64,000 nucleotides of DNA from a virus: IMG/VR virus record IMGVR_UViG_3300021964_007043, one strand, 5' to 3'. Shown piece by piece: positions 48,685 through 59,510 of this stretch; within the stretch, counting starts at the first letter, position 1, and each line of letters begins with the position of its first letter. Below the pieces are notes generated by a model, which was given only the letters and a program-made list of their open reading frames with translations, ran no database searches and was not told the origin of the DNA. Both the position numbers and the translations under genes were made by a program.

Positions 48685-50772
48685 ATGGCATATGAAATAA
48701 ACTATACTGACTCTGTTAACAAAGGTACTATTGTTATAGAAGACGGCACCCTTAACCAGGATACTAGTTTACAGTTTCCTGGAAGACAGAGAACTGATTA
48801 TGGTTCGGCTATTAACACAAACTTTTTACATTTATTAGAAAACTTTGCAAATAGTTCGGCTCCTGCTAGTCCTGTAGAAGGACAGTTATGGTATGATAAT
48901 ACAGACGGTATTGACCAGTTAAAGATTTATGACGGTACACAGTGGGTAACTGCTGGCGGACTTAAAAAAGCAGGAAGTGCTCCGGAAGTAGCAAACTCTA
49001 ACCCAGGCGATTTATGGGCTAATACAGCTACACAGCAGTTATACTTGTTTACAGGATCAAACTGGATATTAGTTGGTCCTGAGTTTAGTGACGGATTGCT
49101 TACAGGTACAGCAGCAGAAAATATTCTTGGTGACGACGATGTTGCATACAATATACTAACAGTAAAGATTGAAGACGAAGTTGCTGCAATTTTTAGTGCG
49201 CAAGAGTTTGTTCCAAAAGTTACAATACCAGGATTTAGATCAGGGGTTAAGGCAGGTTTAAATCTTAGTGACGAAGCACTAGTTGGTACAGAAACATTAA
49301 AATATTATGGAACAGCTGAAAAAGCAGAAGCACTTGTAATAGGCGGAGAATCAGTACCTGCAAGTAACTTCTTAAGAAGTAACTCAAGTTCAACTACTAA
49401 CTTTGATTTAAAAGTTAAAAATAATGAAGGTATTCAAATTGGAACAGGTGGACAACTTGGTCTTTTAGTAAGCGGACAAGCAGGCGTTATTCAACATAAC
49501 ACTTCAGGTTCAAATATTGACTTTCGTTTACGTAACGGAGATTTAATACCTACGGTAATGCGCTTAGATTCTGCAGGAAATGTAGGTATTAATACAGGTG
49601 CTCCAGAACAGAAACTTGAAGTTTCTGGAAATATAAAAGTTAACCCAGAATCGGGTGTTCCGGATAGCGGATTTATACAAGTAGAAAGTACAGTCCAATC
49701 TTCGAACATTAGTACAGGTTCTATTAGAACTAAAGGCGGACTAGGTGTAGCTAGAGATACGTTCATAGGCGGAAATCTTACAGTTGAAGGAGCAACAACA
49801 ACTGCTAATATTGCTCCAGATAACCCTGCTTCAAGGAATATAGGTACTGCAAACAATAAGTTTGATCAAGTTTATGCAAATAACTTTATAGGAAATTTGC
49901 AAGGTAACGTTAGTGGTACAGTTTCGGGCAGAGCTGGATCTGCTGATAAACTTGCTAGTGCTACTACATTTTCTGCAACAGGTGATGTTGACAATGTAAG
50001 TTTTGAGTTTGACGGACAATCTGGCGGCAGCACTAAAACATTTAACTTAAGAGTTTCAAACAGTTTTATTAGTAATAAAAACGTTACTTATGATGCTGGA
50101 AATGCAGACGAGTTATTACTTAATGTTAAAACAGGAACAACTGGGGTATATAGAATTACTAAACGTAACTTCTTAAAAACAATACCTTTAAATCCACCAG
50201 GTATTATATTACCATTTGGTGGAGAAGAATCACCAGACGGGTGGTTATTATGCGATGGTAGTGAAGTTAAGATTTCAGACTATACTGCGCTGTTTAATGT
50301 AATCAGGTATAACTTTAAAGATGCAAGTTTGCTTGCTGACGAAGGTGTGAATAGTTTTGCATTGCCTGATATGAGAGGACGTTTTCCATTAGGCCTGGAT
50401 AACATGGGCGGGCCTAGTATAAACAGAGTTACAGATATTGCTGCTGACTCAATAGGTGGTAATGCTGGTGACGAAGGTGCAACTATTGAACTTGAAAACT
50501 TACCAGAACATGAACACGACATGGAAGGCGATTCAGGTACACAGTACTATGCAACACGAGTTGGCTCCGGAGCAGTTCTAGACGATGAAGCAGTTTCATT
50601 GACTATTGAACCAGGAGCAGGAGGCACACAAGGGTATGCATCAAGTGGCGGTGTTAAACAACCAAATACAGTAACAGATTCACTGGGTAACATTGTTCCT
50701 CGACTAGGCGAAGAACTTAATGTTATGAATCCTTACTTAGCATTAAATTATATTATCTATACTGGAGAATAA
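48685..50772 (+). CDS. Tail fibre protein with a tail-collar domain
   Basis: C-terminal PPGIILPFGG...GWLLCDG...F.LPDMRGRFPLG...MNPYLALNYII. Confidence 0.85.
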   Translation: MAYEINYTDSVNKGTIVIEDGTLNQDTSLQFPGRQRTDYGSAINTNFLHLLENFANSSAPASPVEGQLWYDNTDGIDQLKIYDGTQWVTAGGLKKAGSAPEVANSNPGDLWANTATQQLYLFTGSNWILVGPEFSDGLLTGTAAENILGDDDVAYNILTVKIEDEVAAIFSAQEFVPKVTIPGFRSGVKAGLNLSDEALVGTETLKYYGTAEKAEALVIGGESVPASNFLRSNSSSTTNFDLKVKNNEGIQIGTGGQLGLLVSGQAGVIQHNTSGSNIDFRLRNGDLIPTVMRLDSAGNVGINTGAPEQKLEVSGNIKVNPESGVPDSGFIQVESTVQSSNISTGSIRTKGGLGVARDTFIGGNLTVEGATTTANIAPDNPASRNIGTANNKFDQVYANNFIGNLQGNVSGTVSGRAGSADKLASATTFSATGDVDNVSFEFDGQSGGSTKTFNLRVSNSFISNKNVTYDAGNADELLLNVKTGTTGVYRITKRNFLKTIPLNPPGIILPFGGEESPDGWLLCDGSEVKISDYTALFNVIRYNFKDASLLADEGVNSFALPDMRGRFPLGLDNMGGPSINRVTDIAADSIGGNAGDEGATIELENLPEHEHDMEGDSGTQYYATRVGSGAVLDDEAVSLTIEPGAGGTQGYASSGGVKQPNTVTDSLGNIVPRLGEELNVMNPYLALNYIIYTGE

Positions 50773-50773
50773 A

Positions 50774-52681
50774 GTGAGTTATCAGTTAAACAAAACAAAT
50801 GGAGATTTATTAACAGACCTAGTAGACGGACAAATAGATAATAGTTCTACAAACTTAGTACTAGTAGGACGCAACTATAGCGGATATGGTGAATATTTTA
50901 ACGAAAACTTTATCAAGCTATTAGAAAATTTTGCAAACACAGCAGCTCCTAGTAATCCTTTACAAGGTCAAACTTGGTGGGATAATACTGAACAACGGTT
51001 AAAAGTTTATGATGGCACACAGTGGAAAGCCTCCGGCGGCCCTTTTGTTCAAGACGATCAACCCCAAATGGTTGCAGGTGATTTATGGATTGATAATCTA
51101 AAAAATCAAATGTATGCATTTGACGGAACAGATTTATTTTTAGTAGGTCCTCAATATACAACAGCACAAGGCAAAAGTGGATTTGAAATAGGAAGTTTGC
51201 TAGATGAACAAAGTAGATCTAGAACAGTAGTTTATCTTTATGCAGCAAATACATTATTAGCAGTTATTAGTTATCTTGACTTTACACCTATTTACAGTCA
51301 AAGAATATTAGGACTAGTTACAGATGCTAATCCGGACGGTAGAATATTTACTGGATTTAATATTATTGATAAAGACAATTTTAAATACAGAGGTATTGCA
51401 GAGTCAGCAAACGCACTTGTAACAGGTGCCGGAGTTGTAAGAACTGCTGATTCATTCTTACCATCAAATGCTAATGGTGAGACAGTTGGTACATTGAAGA
51501 TACTTAACAATGGTGGTCTAACTATTGGTGCTTCACAAGCAAACGTACAAAAAGTAGTTGGTCCTAGATTTTATATTGAAAACCAGCTTAATGACGATGA
51601 TATAAGTCTACGTGTTAGTTCATCTAGTTATGGTAGTATTACCGTTGATGCACTTTATATTGATGCTAGTGAAGGGCGTGTAGGTATATTTACTACTGAA
51701 AGATTGCCTGAATATACACTTGATGTTGAAGGCGATTTAAGAGTTACAGGAAACTTGCTAGTAGAAGGTGAAACAACTAGTATAGATGTTTCTACACTTC
51801 GTGTTGAAGATAAAAACATTGAAATAGCTAAGACTAGTGACGGAGATATATTAGATGCAGTTGACGCTGACGGCGCCGGATTGACACTAGAAACAAATGA
51901 TGATGGATCTAAGACATGGACATGGATTAATGTACAAGATTCTTGGACATCAAATGTACATATTAATTTAAGTGACGATACAAAAACTTATAAAATAGGC
52001 GGTCAGCCAAAACTTACAGATACAAGTTTAACAAATATTACAGATGCAACAGATCTTGTAAGAATAAGTTCAACATTAGAATATTTAAATATTGACGATA
52101 TAAACATAAATGGCGCTACTATTACAAATAGTGCAATAGCACTAAGTCCGTTAACATTTACATCTTCAACAGGTTTAAATATTACAGCTGGCGGTGACAT
52201 TGCGATACAAGATAGTCAGAAGATTACAGGACTTGCAGACCCCACTGATAATCAGGATGCTGCTACAAAGTTTTATGTAGATGATCAGATCGCAACAGAA
52301 ACTATTGTATTTTCTCTAGACATTACAGGCTTATTAGATCCAAATCCGATTGGAACATCGGATGGTCCTATTAACGATGTTGCAGCAATATTACAATCAT
52401 TATATCCTGCACAAGGTCAAAATAATGGTAAGATTGCAAGGATACATGCAACATCGTATGCAGGTGCAAGTGCAACATTGGCAGCAGCAGATATTAACGC
52501 TGCAATCAACTATAGTAGAATAGATGTTGATTCAAACGGCACACAAAATGAATCTGTTGTACAAGACTTTACATTTAGTAACATTGACGGTGATGTTACA
52601 CTAATACCTTCAAGGTATACACTAATATTTGAATCAAACGGTTCATCATGGTCACATGTGTCAACAGCGGCATATACATAA
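50774..52681 (+). CDS. Tail fibre / structural protein, N-terminus paralogous to its neighbours
   Basis: LVGRNYSGYGEYFNENFIKLLENFAN...P.NPLQGQTWWD. Confidence 0.75.
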   Translation: MSYQLNKTNGDLLTDLVDGQIDNSSTNLVLVGRNYSGYGEYFNENFIKLLENFANTAAPSNPLQGQTWWDNTEQRLKVYDGTQWKASGGPFVQDDQPQMVAGDLWIDNLKNQMYAFDGTDLFLVGPQYTTAQGKSGFEIGSLLDEQSRSRTVVYLYAANTLLAVISYLDFTPIYSQRILGLVTDANPDGRIFTGFNIIDKDNFKYRGIAESANALVTGAGVVRTADSFLPSNANGETVGTLKILNNGGLTIGASQANVQKVVGPRFYIENQLNDDDISLRVSSSSYGSITVDALYIDASEGRVGIFTTERLPEYTLDVEGDLRVTGNLLVEGETTSIDVSTLRVEDKNIEIAKTSDGDILDAVDADGAGLTLETNDDGSKTWTWINVQDSWTSNVHINLSDDTKTYKIGGQPKLTDTSLTNITDATDLVRISSTLEYLNIDDININGATITNSAIALSPLTFTSSTGLNITAGGDIAIQDSQKITGLADPTDNQDAATKFYVDDQIATETIVFSLDITGLLDPNPIGTSDGPINDVAAILQSLYPAQGQNNGKIARIHATSYAGASATLAAADINAAINYSRIDVDSNGTQNESVVQDFTFSNIDGDVTLIPSRYTLIFESNGSSWSHVSTAAYT

Positions 52682-52718
52682 ATGGATAAATAATATTATA
52701 ACACTAGGGGTTACATAA

Positions 52719-54212
52719 ATGGCGTATCAAATTGATAGATATAATAATACACTGTTAACAAGTGTAGAAGACGGCACAATAGATCAAACTACTGACCTTA
52801 AGTTCATTGGTAAGAACTATGCTGGTTACGGTGAAATACAAAACGAAAACTTTTTGTTCTTGCTAGAAAACTTTAGCGGAGCAAATCAACCTTCAAGACC
52901 AATAAGCGGTCAAAACTGGTTTGATAGTGGTGCAAGTAAAATGAAGTTTTACGATGGCACACAATGGAGAACTTCGGGTGGTGCTGAAGTAAGTGCAACT
53001 GAACCTTCAGGATTAGCAGAAGGTGATTTTTGGTGGGATAACCAAAACGAACAACTATATGCACAAGGTTCAAGCGGATTTGTACTAGTAGGACCGCAAA
53101 CAGCAGGCGAAGGTGTAACCCAAATGCAAAGCCTGTCGGTGCAAGATTTAAGCGGCACCGCTAAAATTATTATTGCTGCTACTATTGAAGATACTATAGT
53201 ATACGTTATTAGTCCAGATGAGTTTACACTAAACGCAGTAACGCCATTAGAAGGTTTTGATAGAATCAAAAAAGGTTTGACCCTAAAGTGGACAAAAGCA
53301 GCTGACAATGGTGTTACAAATAGTGCATCAGTAAGCGGCCAAGATTTTTATTATTGGGGTACTGCTTCAAACTCTGAAAAGTTAGGCGGATTACCAGCAA
53401 GCAGTTTTGTACAAGTTTCGTCAGGATCAAACACTGTTTTTAACGAAGCAGTTGAGTTTCCAGATAGCGGTGTACTTGTTGGTGACAGCCAAGATTTTCA
53501 GCTTATAGTTGAAAACGGAGACGAAGGTGTCATCCAAAATATTTCCGGAACAAATAGTATTGTAAAAGTAAAAGTTACAGACGGTACTGGCTCATTAACT
53601 CATATGGCTACATTTAATATTAATGGCCTTATTCCAGCAGCAGACAATACTTTTGATATTGGTAGCTCAAGTTTAGCATGGAAAAACATACATGCATATA
53701 GTTTTGTAGGTGAAGCAACTAAAGCAACATCGGTGCGTGTCGGAACAGACTTCCGTACAGCAAGCGTAAGTGCATCAAATAATACTGTAGCAGTACGTGA
53801 TGCAACTGGCAACTTAGCAGCAAATCTATTCCAAGGTACTGCTACACAAGCACGTTACGCTGACTTAGCAGAAAAATATACAACAGAATCAGAGTATGCA
53901 GTAGGTACTGTAGTAGCAGTTTGTGCTCATGAAGAACATGAGATGGCACTTGCTACTCCAGCAAGCATTGTTTCAGGTGTTATTTCCGACAAGCCTGCTT
54001 ACTTAATGAATGCAGAAGCAGAAGGACAAGCTATTGCACTAGTCGGAAGAGTTCCTGTGAGAGTAACTGGTCCGGTAAATAAAGGTGATGCAGTAAAAGT
54101 TTTTGCTGATGGTATTGCTTCTGTTGATGGATTAGGAGATATGGTCGGCGTTGCGTTAGAGTCTAACAGCGACGAGGCCGAAAAACTAGTAGAGTGCATA
54201 TTAAAAGTTTAA
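52719..54212 (+). CDS. Tail fibre / structural protein with a chaperone-like C-terminus
   Basis: Same N-terminal domain; C-terminal ARYADLAEKY...ALVGRVPVRV; TAAATA at 52687-52692. Confidence 0.75.
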   Translation: MAYQIDRYNNTLLTSVEDGTIDQTTDLKFIGKNYAGYGEIQNENFLFLLENFSGANQPSRPISGQNWFDSGASKMKFYDGTQWRTSGGAEVSATEPSGLAEGDFWWDNQNEQLYAQGSSGFVLVGPQTAGEGVTQMQSLSVQDLSGTAKIIIAATIEDTIVYVISPDEFTLNAVTPLEGFDRIKKGLTLKWTKAADNGVTNSASVSGQDFYYWGTASNSEKLGGLPASSFVQVSSGSNTVFNEAVEFPDSGVLVGDSQDFQLIVENGDEGVIQNISGTNSIVKVKVTDGTGSLTHMATFNINGLIPAADNTFDIGSSSLAWKNIHAYSFVGEATKATSVRVGTDFRTASVSASNNTVAVRDATGNLAANLFQGTATQARYADLAEKYTTESEYAVGTVVAVCAHEEHEMALATPASIVSGVISDKPAYLMNAEAEGQAIALVGRVPVRVTGPVNKGDAVKVFADGIASVDGLGDMVGVALESNSDEAEKLVECILKV

Positions 54213-54223
54213 GGATATTATAG

Positions 54224-55156
54224 ATGGCTATTATTGACTCCGCCCGATTTAACAACTTACAATCAAGAATCGAACTTATTTTCGGAAATGGTGCAGGACA
54301 AAACGGATACGGACAAACACTATCCAGTGCAAACGTTACTGCTGACGGAAGTGATGTAGTTGAAGCCACAGATATCAATAAAATATATGCAGATATGCTT
54401 AAAGCAAGAGTACACCAAGTTGGACCCGGAGATATAAGCATAGCTCAAATGACACAAAACTTAAATGTTGTTGCAGAAGATGAAAGTTTTTTTGTAGATG
54501 ACGCCGGAGCAACAACAGCAGATCCAGACGGTGCTAAAAAAGGTTTAACAGACTTTGAAGATCTTATGACAACTATTGAAACTGACAAGTTTCTAGTACA
54601 CTCTAGCCAAGCTGATTTAGACTCAGCTATCAGCAGTGTAAGAACTACAGCATGGAATGGTTTAATATATCACGAAATCGTTGTAACATTTGATGATGCA
54701 GATCATCGTAGACATTTTTTCAATACAGGCGGCCAAATAAGATTTAGTGCAAACAATACTTTAGCAGCCCAAGCTAAAGGCCTAGATTGGGCAGAGCTTT
54801 GTTCAGAGATTGGTACAGTTGTGTTTAACTATGATGCAACAACTTCTACAGGTGACGGCTCAGAATCGTCTATAGGAAACTATGATTTAACAGGCGCTGA
54901 CCAAGTAATATATCAAAAAGTGGGTGCAGGAACCTATAGCGGTATATACGCTGGAAACTTGTATACTATTAAAGCAAGAACAGACGGAGATAACAGAATA
55001 GTTTTCCGTATCGAGTTCAATGACGTTGTCACTGACCCTGCAATCGATAACAATGTAGACGGAAGACTAGAAAGTGTTGTTCAATACTATAGAGCTTACG
55101 GTTCTTATGTGGATGTTGCAGCACCTAGTTTTTATAACAATAATACACTGGCTTAA
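54224..55156 (+). CDS. Virion structural protein
   Basis: RHFFNTGGQIRFSA motif shared with the next ORF. Confidence 0.65.
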   Translation: MAIIDSARFNNLQSRIELIFGNGAGQNGYGQTLSSANVTADGSDVVEATDINKIYADMLKARVHQVGPGDISIAQMTQNLNVVAEDESFFVDDAGATTADPDGAKKGLTDFEDLMTTIETDKFLVHSSQADLDSAISSVRTTAWNGLIYHEIVVTFDDADHRRHFFNTGGQIRFSANNTLAAQAKGLDWAELCSEIGTVVFNYDATTSTGDGSESSIGNYDLTGADQVIYQKVGAGTYSGIYAGNLYTIKARTDGDNRIVFRIEFNDVVTDPAIDNNVDGRLESVVQYYRAYGSYVDVAAPSFYNNNTLA

Positions 55157-55225
55157 AAAGAACTTGTTCTTTTTAAGGGGTTGTGTTATAGTAAGAAAGT
55201 AAATACTATGGTGGAGACATAATAA

Positions 55226-56878
55226 ATGGCAGTCGCAGCAAGTCCTATATTATATTTAGATCGTGCATTAGGCACTACAGATCAGGCCGGCAACTACACC
55301 ATTACCTATACTAATACAGATATCTATACAGATAATAGTGCATATTTTAACTTTGATGCTGAAGAACAAGTAGCATTCACAGCAACCCCTGATAGTACAT
55401 TCATTACGTTAAGTAGAAACGCAAGTTCTTTCAGTGTTTGGTTTAAAACTAATACAGATTATTCTAATAAAGGTAACTACACAGGTAGAGGAACTATTTT
55501 AGGTGTCGGCGGCGCCTCATGGCCTTTATACTCTCTTTGGGTACAAAACAGTCCTCCGTATAGAATATTCGGAGAAACAACTACAAACAACGAAGAATAT
55601 ATAGATATTGCTGGAGCTATTCCTGGAGATACATGGACAAACGTAACTGTAGTATGCGACAGTGGTGTAGCAACAGCATATATAAACAATATTGAGCGCG
55701 GTCAGAAAACTATTACAGGGGACTTGCGGTTTTCTACTTTAAGTGCAATTATTCCGGGTAGTATCGGCTTTGATGTAGACTATAGAGGTAACATAGGTCC
55801 TGTTCAGTTTTGGGACAGAACACTTACAAGAGCAGAAGTAAGAGACAACTATAACCACTATGCTCCGACATTTGGCAGAGTTCTTACAAGTATCGATACA
55901 ACAAGATACAATACATTAAGAGATGAATGTAACTTAGTTTTAGGTAACTCTAACACTCCAACTCCAACATTCGGTTATGGTGAATCTACAGGAACAACTG
56001 CGGTAACAGGAGATTATGACACTAACTTATCTGCTACTGACAAAATTACTGCACAGCAATATGCTGATCTATACATTGATCTGATTAGAGCTAGAGCACA
56101 CCAAGTTGGAACAACAGCTCTTTCAATCGCCCCGTATTTAATCGGTGATTATGAAACTAACTTGGTAGATACAGATAAGGTAGAACTTACACACATAGAA
56201 GCATTAGAAAATCTAGGTGCAAATATTACTACTGATAGATTTGAAATAGACGCTACTGGACAAGCACAAGTAATAAATCTTGAAACGACCAGCAGCGTAC
56301 CTATTGTTAGTACACGACTTAATGCAGGCAGCGGAGCATGGAATGGTACTATTAGCCATATCTTTACTGTAACTTTCAATAATGCTCAACAAAGACGACA
56401 GTTCTTTAATGCAGGAGGCCAAGTAAGATTTAGTGCTAGAGTAGATTATTCTGGCTCTCAAGCAAAAACAGTAGATTGGCAAACAGAAATGTCAGATATG
56501 GGTGTAACTAGTTTTAGAGCAACCAACACTATCAACAACAACGGCGAAGGCACTGGTTCTAATATAGGAAACTTTGATTTAACATCTACTTACCAAGTTT
56601 GCTACAGCAAATCAGGCGGCGCAAGTTATGTTCGTAACGATTACAGAGTGTTAGCACAAAATGTAAATGATACTGTAATACGGTTTAAAGCTGAGTTTAG
56701 AGACAATCAACCAAACGATCTTACCTGGGGTATTGACGAACCGGTATACGGAGATTTCAACAGTATTATTGAACTTCTCCAACCTATTGGAACAGTAACT
56801 ATCAATGGCACTATATATGATACAGTTGAAATACCGGATAACGAACTGCCTTCAGGTGCTACTACTTCAAATCTTTGA
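55226..56878 (+). CDS. Virion structural protein with an N-terminal LamG/concanavalin-like domain
   Basis: SFSVWFK, WTNVTVV, AYINN, VQFWDRTLT..EV..NY; C-terminal RQFFNAGGQVRFSA; TAAATA at 55200-55205. Confidence 0.7.
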   Translation: MAVAASPILYLDRALGTTDQAGNYTITYTNTDIYTDNSAYFNFDAEEQVAFTATPDSTFITLSRNASSFSVWFKTNTDYSNKGNYTGRGTILGVGGASWPLYSLWVQNSPPYRIFGETTTNNEEYIDIAGAIPGDTWTNVTVVCDSGVATAYINNIERGQKTITGDLRFSTLSAIIPGSIGFDVDYRGNIGPVQFWDRTLTRAEVRDNYNHYAPTFGRVLTSIDTTRYNTLRDECNLVLGNSNTPTPTFGYGESTGTTAVTGDYDTNLSATDKITAQQYADLYIDLIRARAHQVGTTALSIAPYLIGDYETNLVDTDKVELTHIEALENLGANITTDRFEIDATGQAQVINLETTSSVPIVSTRLNAGSGAWNGTISHIFTVTFNNAQQRRQFFNAGGQVRFSARVDYSGSQAKTVDWQTEMSDMGVTSFRATNTINNNGEGTGSNIGNFDLTSTYQVCYSKSGGASYVRNDYRVLAQNVNDTVIRFKAEFRDNQPNDLTWGIDEPVYGDFNSIIELLQPIGTVTINGTIYDTVEIPDNELPSGATTSNL

Positions 56879-56907
56879 TTGACAAATCTTACAAAACCAT
56901 ATATACT
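56879..56907 (+). promoter_or_regulatory. Sigma-70 promoter TTGACA-N17-TATACT for the modification cluster
   Basis: Near-perfect consensus upstream of ORF 56928. Confidence 0.85.
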
Positions 56908-56927
56908 TAACAGTATAGGAGTATTAT

Positions 56928-57275
56928 ATGGACGAAAAACTTTCCAAAGCACTAGACTTTGCAAACTATACCAGAACATTTGAAGATCAAAAAACTCAAA
57001 TCAAAGAAAAGTACTTTGATAGTTTAGTGTATTTTTATAATGGCGGCCAGTTTACTGTTGATAAAACACTAGTAACTTTTGTTAGTTTACTTAGTAGTAA
57101 ACAAGAGTCTGCTATACTAATCGATGACAATGACAATCCTCTTAAAATAGACAACCTACAAGATTTTCTTGATTCTATTTTAGATTTGTATTTCCAATCT
57201 TCTAATGCATATTTTACAAAACTTACTGAACTTAAAACTAAACGGTCTATAGAAAAACTAGTAGAATATGACTAA
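56928..57275 (+). CDS. Hypothetical protein (115 aa)
   Basis: TAGGAG RBS; first gene after the promoter. Confidence 0.75.
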   Translation: MDEKLSKALDFANYTRTFEDQKTQIKEKYFDSLVYFYNGGQFTVDKTLVTFVSLLSSKQESAILIDDNDNPLKIDNLQDFLDSILDLYFQSSNAYFTKLTELKTKRSIEKLVEYD

Positions 57276-58104
57276 GGGATATTTGCTTATTGCACAAAAC
57301 AACAGTGCAAATAACTATGTAAAACAAGCAGTATATTGTGCAAAGCGAATAAAGAAGTTTTGTAACAATGCTTCTGTATCTATTGTGACTAAAGATACAG
57401 ACTATTTAGAAAAAAACTTTGACAGTTCAATATTTGATTATGTCATTGACGGTACTGTTCTACCTTCAAGAACTAACAACAGAATAATATTTGATGGTGC
57501 GTTGTCTAACAAAACAGTTCAGTGGAAAAATGTTGGAAGAGATATGGCGTACGATCTTACGCCATACGATGAAACTATTCTATTAGACACTGATTACATA
57601 TTTTCTAACAACTTATTAGATCAATGTTTTGGTAGCGTTAACGATATTATGATGTATAAAAAGTCAGAATATTTAGGATATATAAAAACAGACGAGTTTA
57701 AAAGATGTAGCGATCAAAGTATTGATTTTTATTGGGCAACGGTAATTTATTTTAAAAAGAATAATAACACAAAAATATTTTTTGATCTAGTATCTCATCT
57801 ACGAGAAAACTGGTCTTACTATAACTCACTTTACCAGATAAGTAGTCCTAACTTTAGAAATGACTTTGCATTTAGTATGGCTATACACATAATGAATGAT
57901 ATGAAGTCAGGATCTTTTATGTCTGAGTTACCTGGTAAGATGTATTATATAAAAGATCAAGATTTTTTACATAATATTAAATCCGATAAGATGACATTTT
58001 TGTTAGGTAAAAAAGATCACCTAGGAGAATATACACTTTGTTCCACGCAAGGATTAAATGTCCATGTTCTAAATAAAGCAAGTTTGGAGAGAGAAATTGG
58101 ATAA
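57268..58104 (+). CDS. Putative GT-A fold glycosyltransferase (GT8-like)
   Basis: DxD motif in TPYDETILLDTDY. Confidence 0.6.
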   Translation: MTKGYLLIAQNNSANNYVKQAVYCAKRIKKFCNNASVSIVTKDTDYLEKNFDSSIFDYVIDGTVLPSRTNNRIIFDGALSNKTVQWKNVGRDMAYDLTPYDETILLDTDYIFSNNLLDQCFGSVNDIMMYKKSEYLGYIKTDEFKRCSDQSIDFYWATVIYFKKNNNTKIFFDLVSHLRENWSYYNSLYQISSPNFRNDFAFSMAIHIMNDMKSGSFMSELPGKMYYIKDQDFLHNIKSDKMTFLLGKKDHLGEYTLCSTQGLNVHVLNKASLEREIG

Positions 58105-58930
58105 AGGTATTTTATTAGTTGCACAAAATAATAAAGATGACAACTATGTAGAGCAAGCATCTGCACTAGCAATGAGTTTAAAAAAGTTTAACAACGTATC
58201 AGTATCCTTAGTTACTGACGACGATGTTTCTTCGGTCGAAAAATATTTTGATAATATCTATCCTATTGCTTGGGGAGATATGGCAAGCGAAAGCGACTGG
58301 AAAGTAGAAAATAGATGGAAGGTTTTTCATCAAACACCATACAAAGAAACAATAGTTATGGATACGGACATGCTAGTTTTTCAAAATATTGATAACTTAT
58401 GGAACTTCTATTCTAACTATGATTTGTTCTTTACTACTTCACCTGTTACATATAGAAATGAAGCAGTAGATTCTAACTATTATAGAAAAATGTTTGTTGA
58501 AAATAATCTTCCTAATATCTATTGTGCATTGTACTACTTTAAGAAAACAGAGTTTACGCACAACTTTTTTGCATACTTAGAACTAGTAATAAAAAACTTT
58601 AAAGATTTTCAAAAAGAACTTTGCCCAAAACTAATACAAGAGCATGTAAGTATGGATGTTGCTATAGCAATGACAGTTAAGTTGATGGGAATAGAAAATC
58701 AAGTTACGAATAAAAAGAATATGTTGTCTAAGTTTGTACATATGAAACCTTATGTACAGAACTGGCACAAGCATAGAAATAGCTGGCAAAAAACTGTTCC
58801 TTCTTTTTTAACAAAAAATATAGAACTTTTTGTAGGCGGTTATAAACAAGATGGTATTTTTCATTATACCGAAAAAGATTTTTTACATAATGTCGGTGCC
58901 TTAACAAAACTAGGAGACACATATGTCTGA
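58097..58930 (+). CDS. Putative GT-A fold glycosyltransferase, paralog of the preceding ORF
   Basis: TPYKETIVMDTDM; similar N-terminal KG.LL.AQNN. Confidence 0.6.
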   Translation: MDKGILLVAQNNKDDNYVEQASALAMSLKKFNNVSVSLVTDDDVSSVEKYFDNIYPIAWGDMASESDWKVENRWKVFHQTPYKETIVMDTDMLVFQNIDNLWNFYSNYDLFFTTSPVTYRNEAVDSNYYRKMFVENNLPNIYCALYYFKKTEFTHNFFAYLELVIKNFKDFQKELCPKLIQEHVSMDVAIAMTVKLMGIENQVTNKKNMLSKFVHMKPYVQNWHKHRNSWQKTVPSFLTKNIELFVGGYKQDGIFHYTEKDFLHNVGALTKLGDTYV

Positions 58931-59510
58931 TAGTATTTTAGATTTGCTTTCAAAGTTGAAAGTTGAGAATACACAAAAACAACAACATTATGTTTATTAC
59001 AACTCTGATACAATGGCTATAACAAAAATATCTCCAGTAAAAAAAGATTCGGAATATAAAGTTTTTGCTATAGATTCAGAAAGAGTTGAATCTATATTAT
59101 TAGGAACATCTAAACTTGACGATTACATAGTATTTTTTGATTACAATACTAAAGACTATAATATCAAAAAGAAAAAATCCCAAAACATAGACACTATTCC
59201 TTTAATTGAAGTAGGAGAAAAGTTATCTAACTTTGATTTAGAAGTCGTGTTAACATTAACTAATATTGCTTTTGTAGTTAACCGAGATCTTATCGAACAT
59301 ATTAAAGATGATACAGGAACAATGATGTTTGTGTTTACAGAACAAAATAATCCTTACAAAATGTATTCAAATATTGAAATACAAACAAAAGATCTACTCG
59401 ACAACAATGCTTATGAGCATCACTTAACACCGCAGCAAATAGAAAATGGTGTAAGTATATACACAAATAAAATATTTGAAAAATATAGCCTTGAGGTAAC
59501 TAATGACTAA
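58923..59510 (+). CDS. Hypothetical protein (195 aa)
   Basis: Overlap-coupled ORF within the operon. Confidence 0.65.
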   Translation: MSDSILDLLSKLKVENTQKQQHYVYYNSDTMAITKISPVKKDSEYKVFAIDSERVESILLGTSKLDDYIVFFDYNTKDYNIKKKKSQNIDTIPLIEVGEKLSNFDLEVVLTLTNIAFVVNRDLIEHIKDDTGTMMFVFTEQNNPYKMYSNIEIQTKDLLDNNAYEHHLTPQQIENGVSIYTNKIFEKYSLEVTND

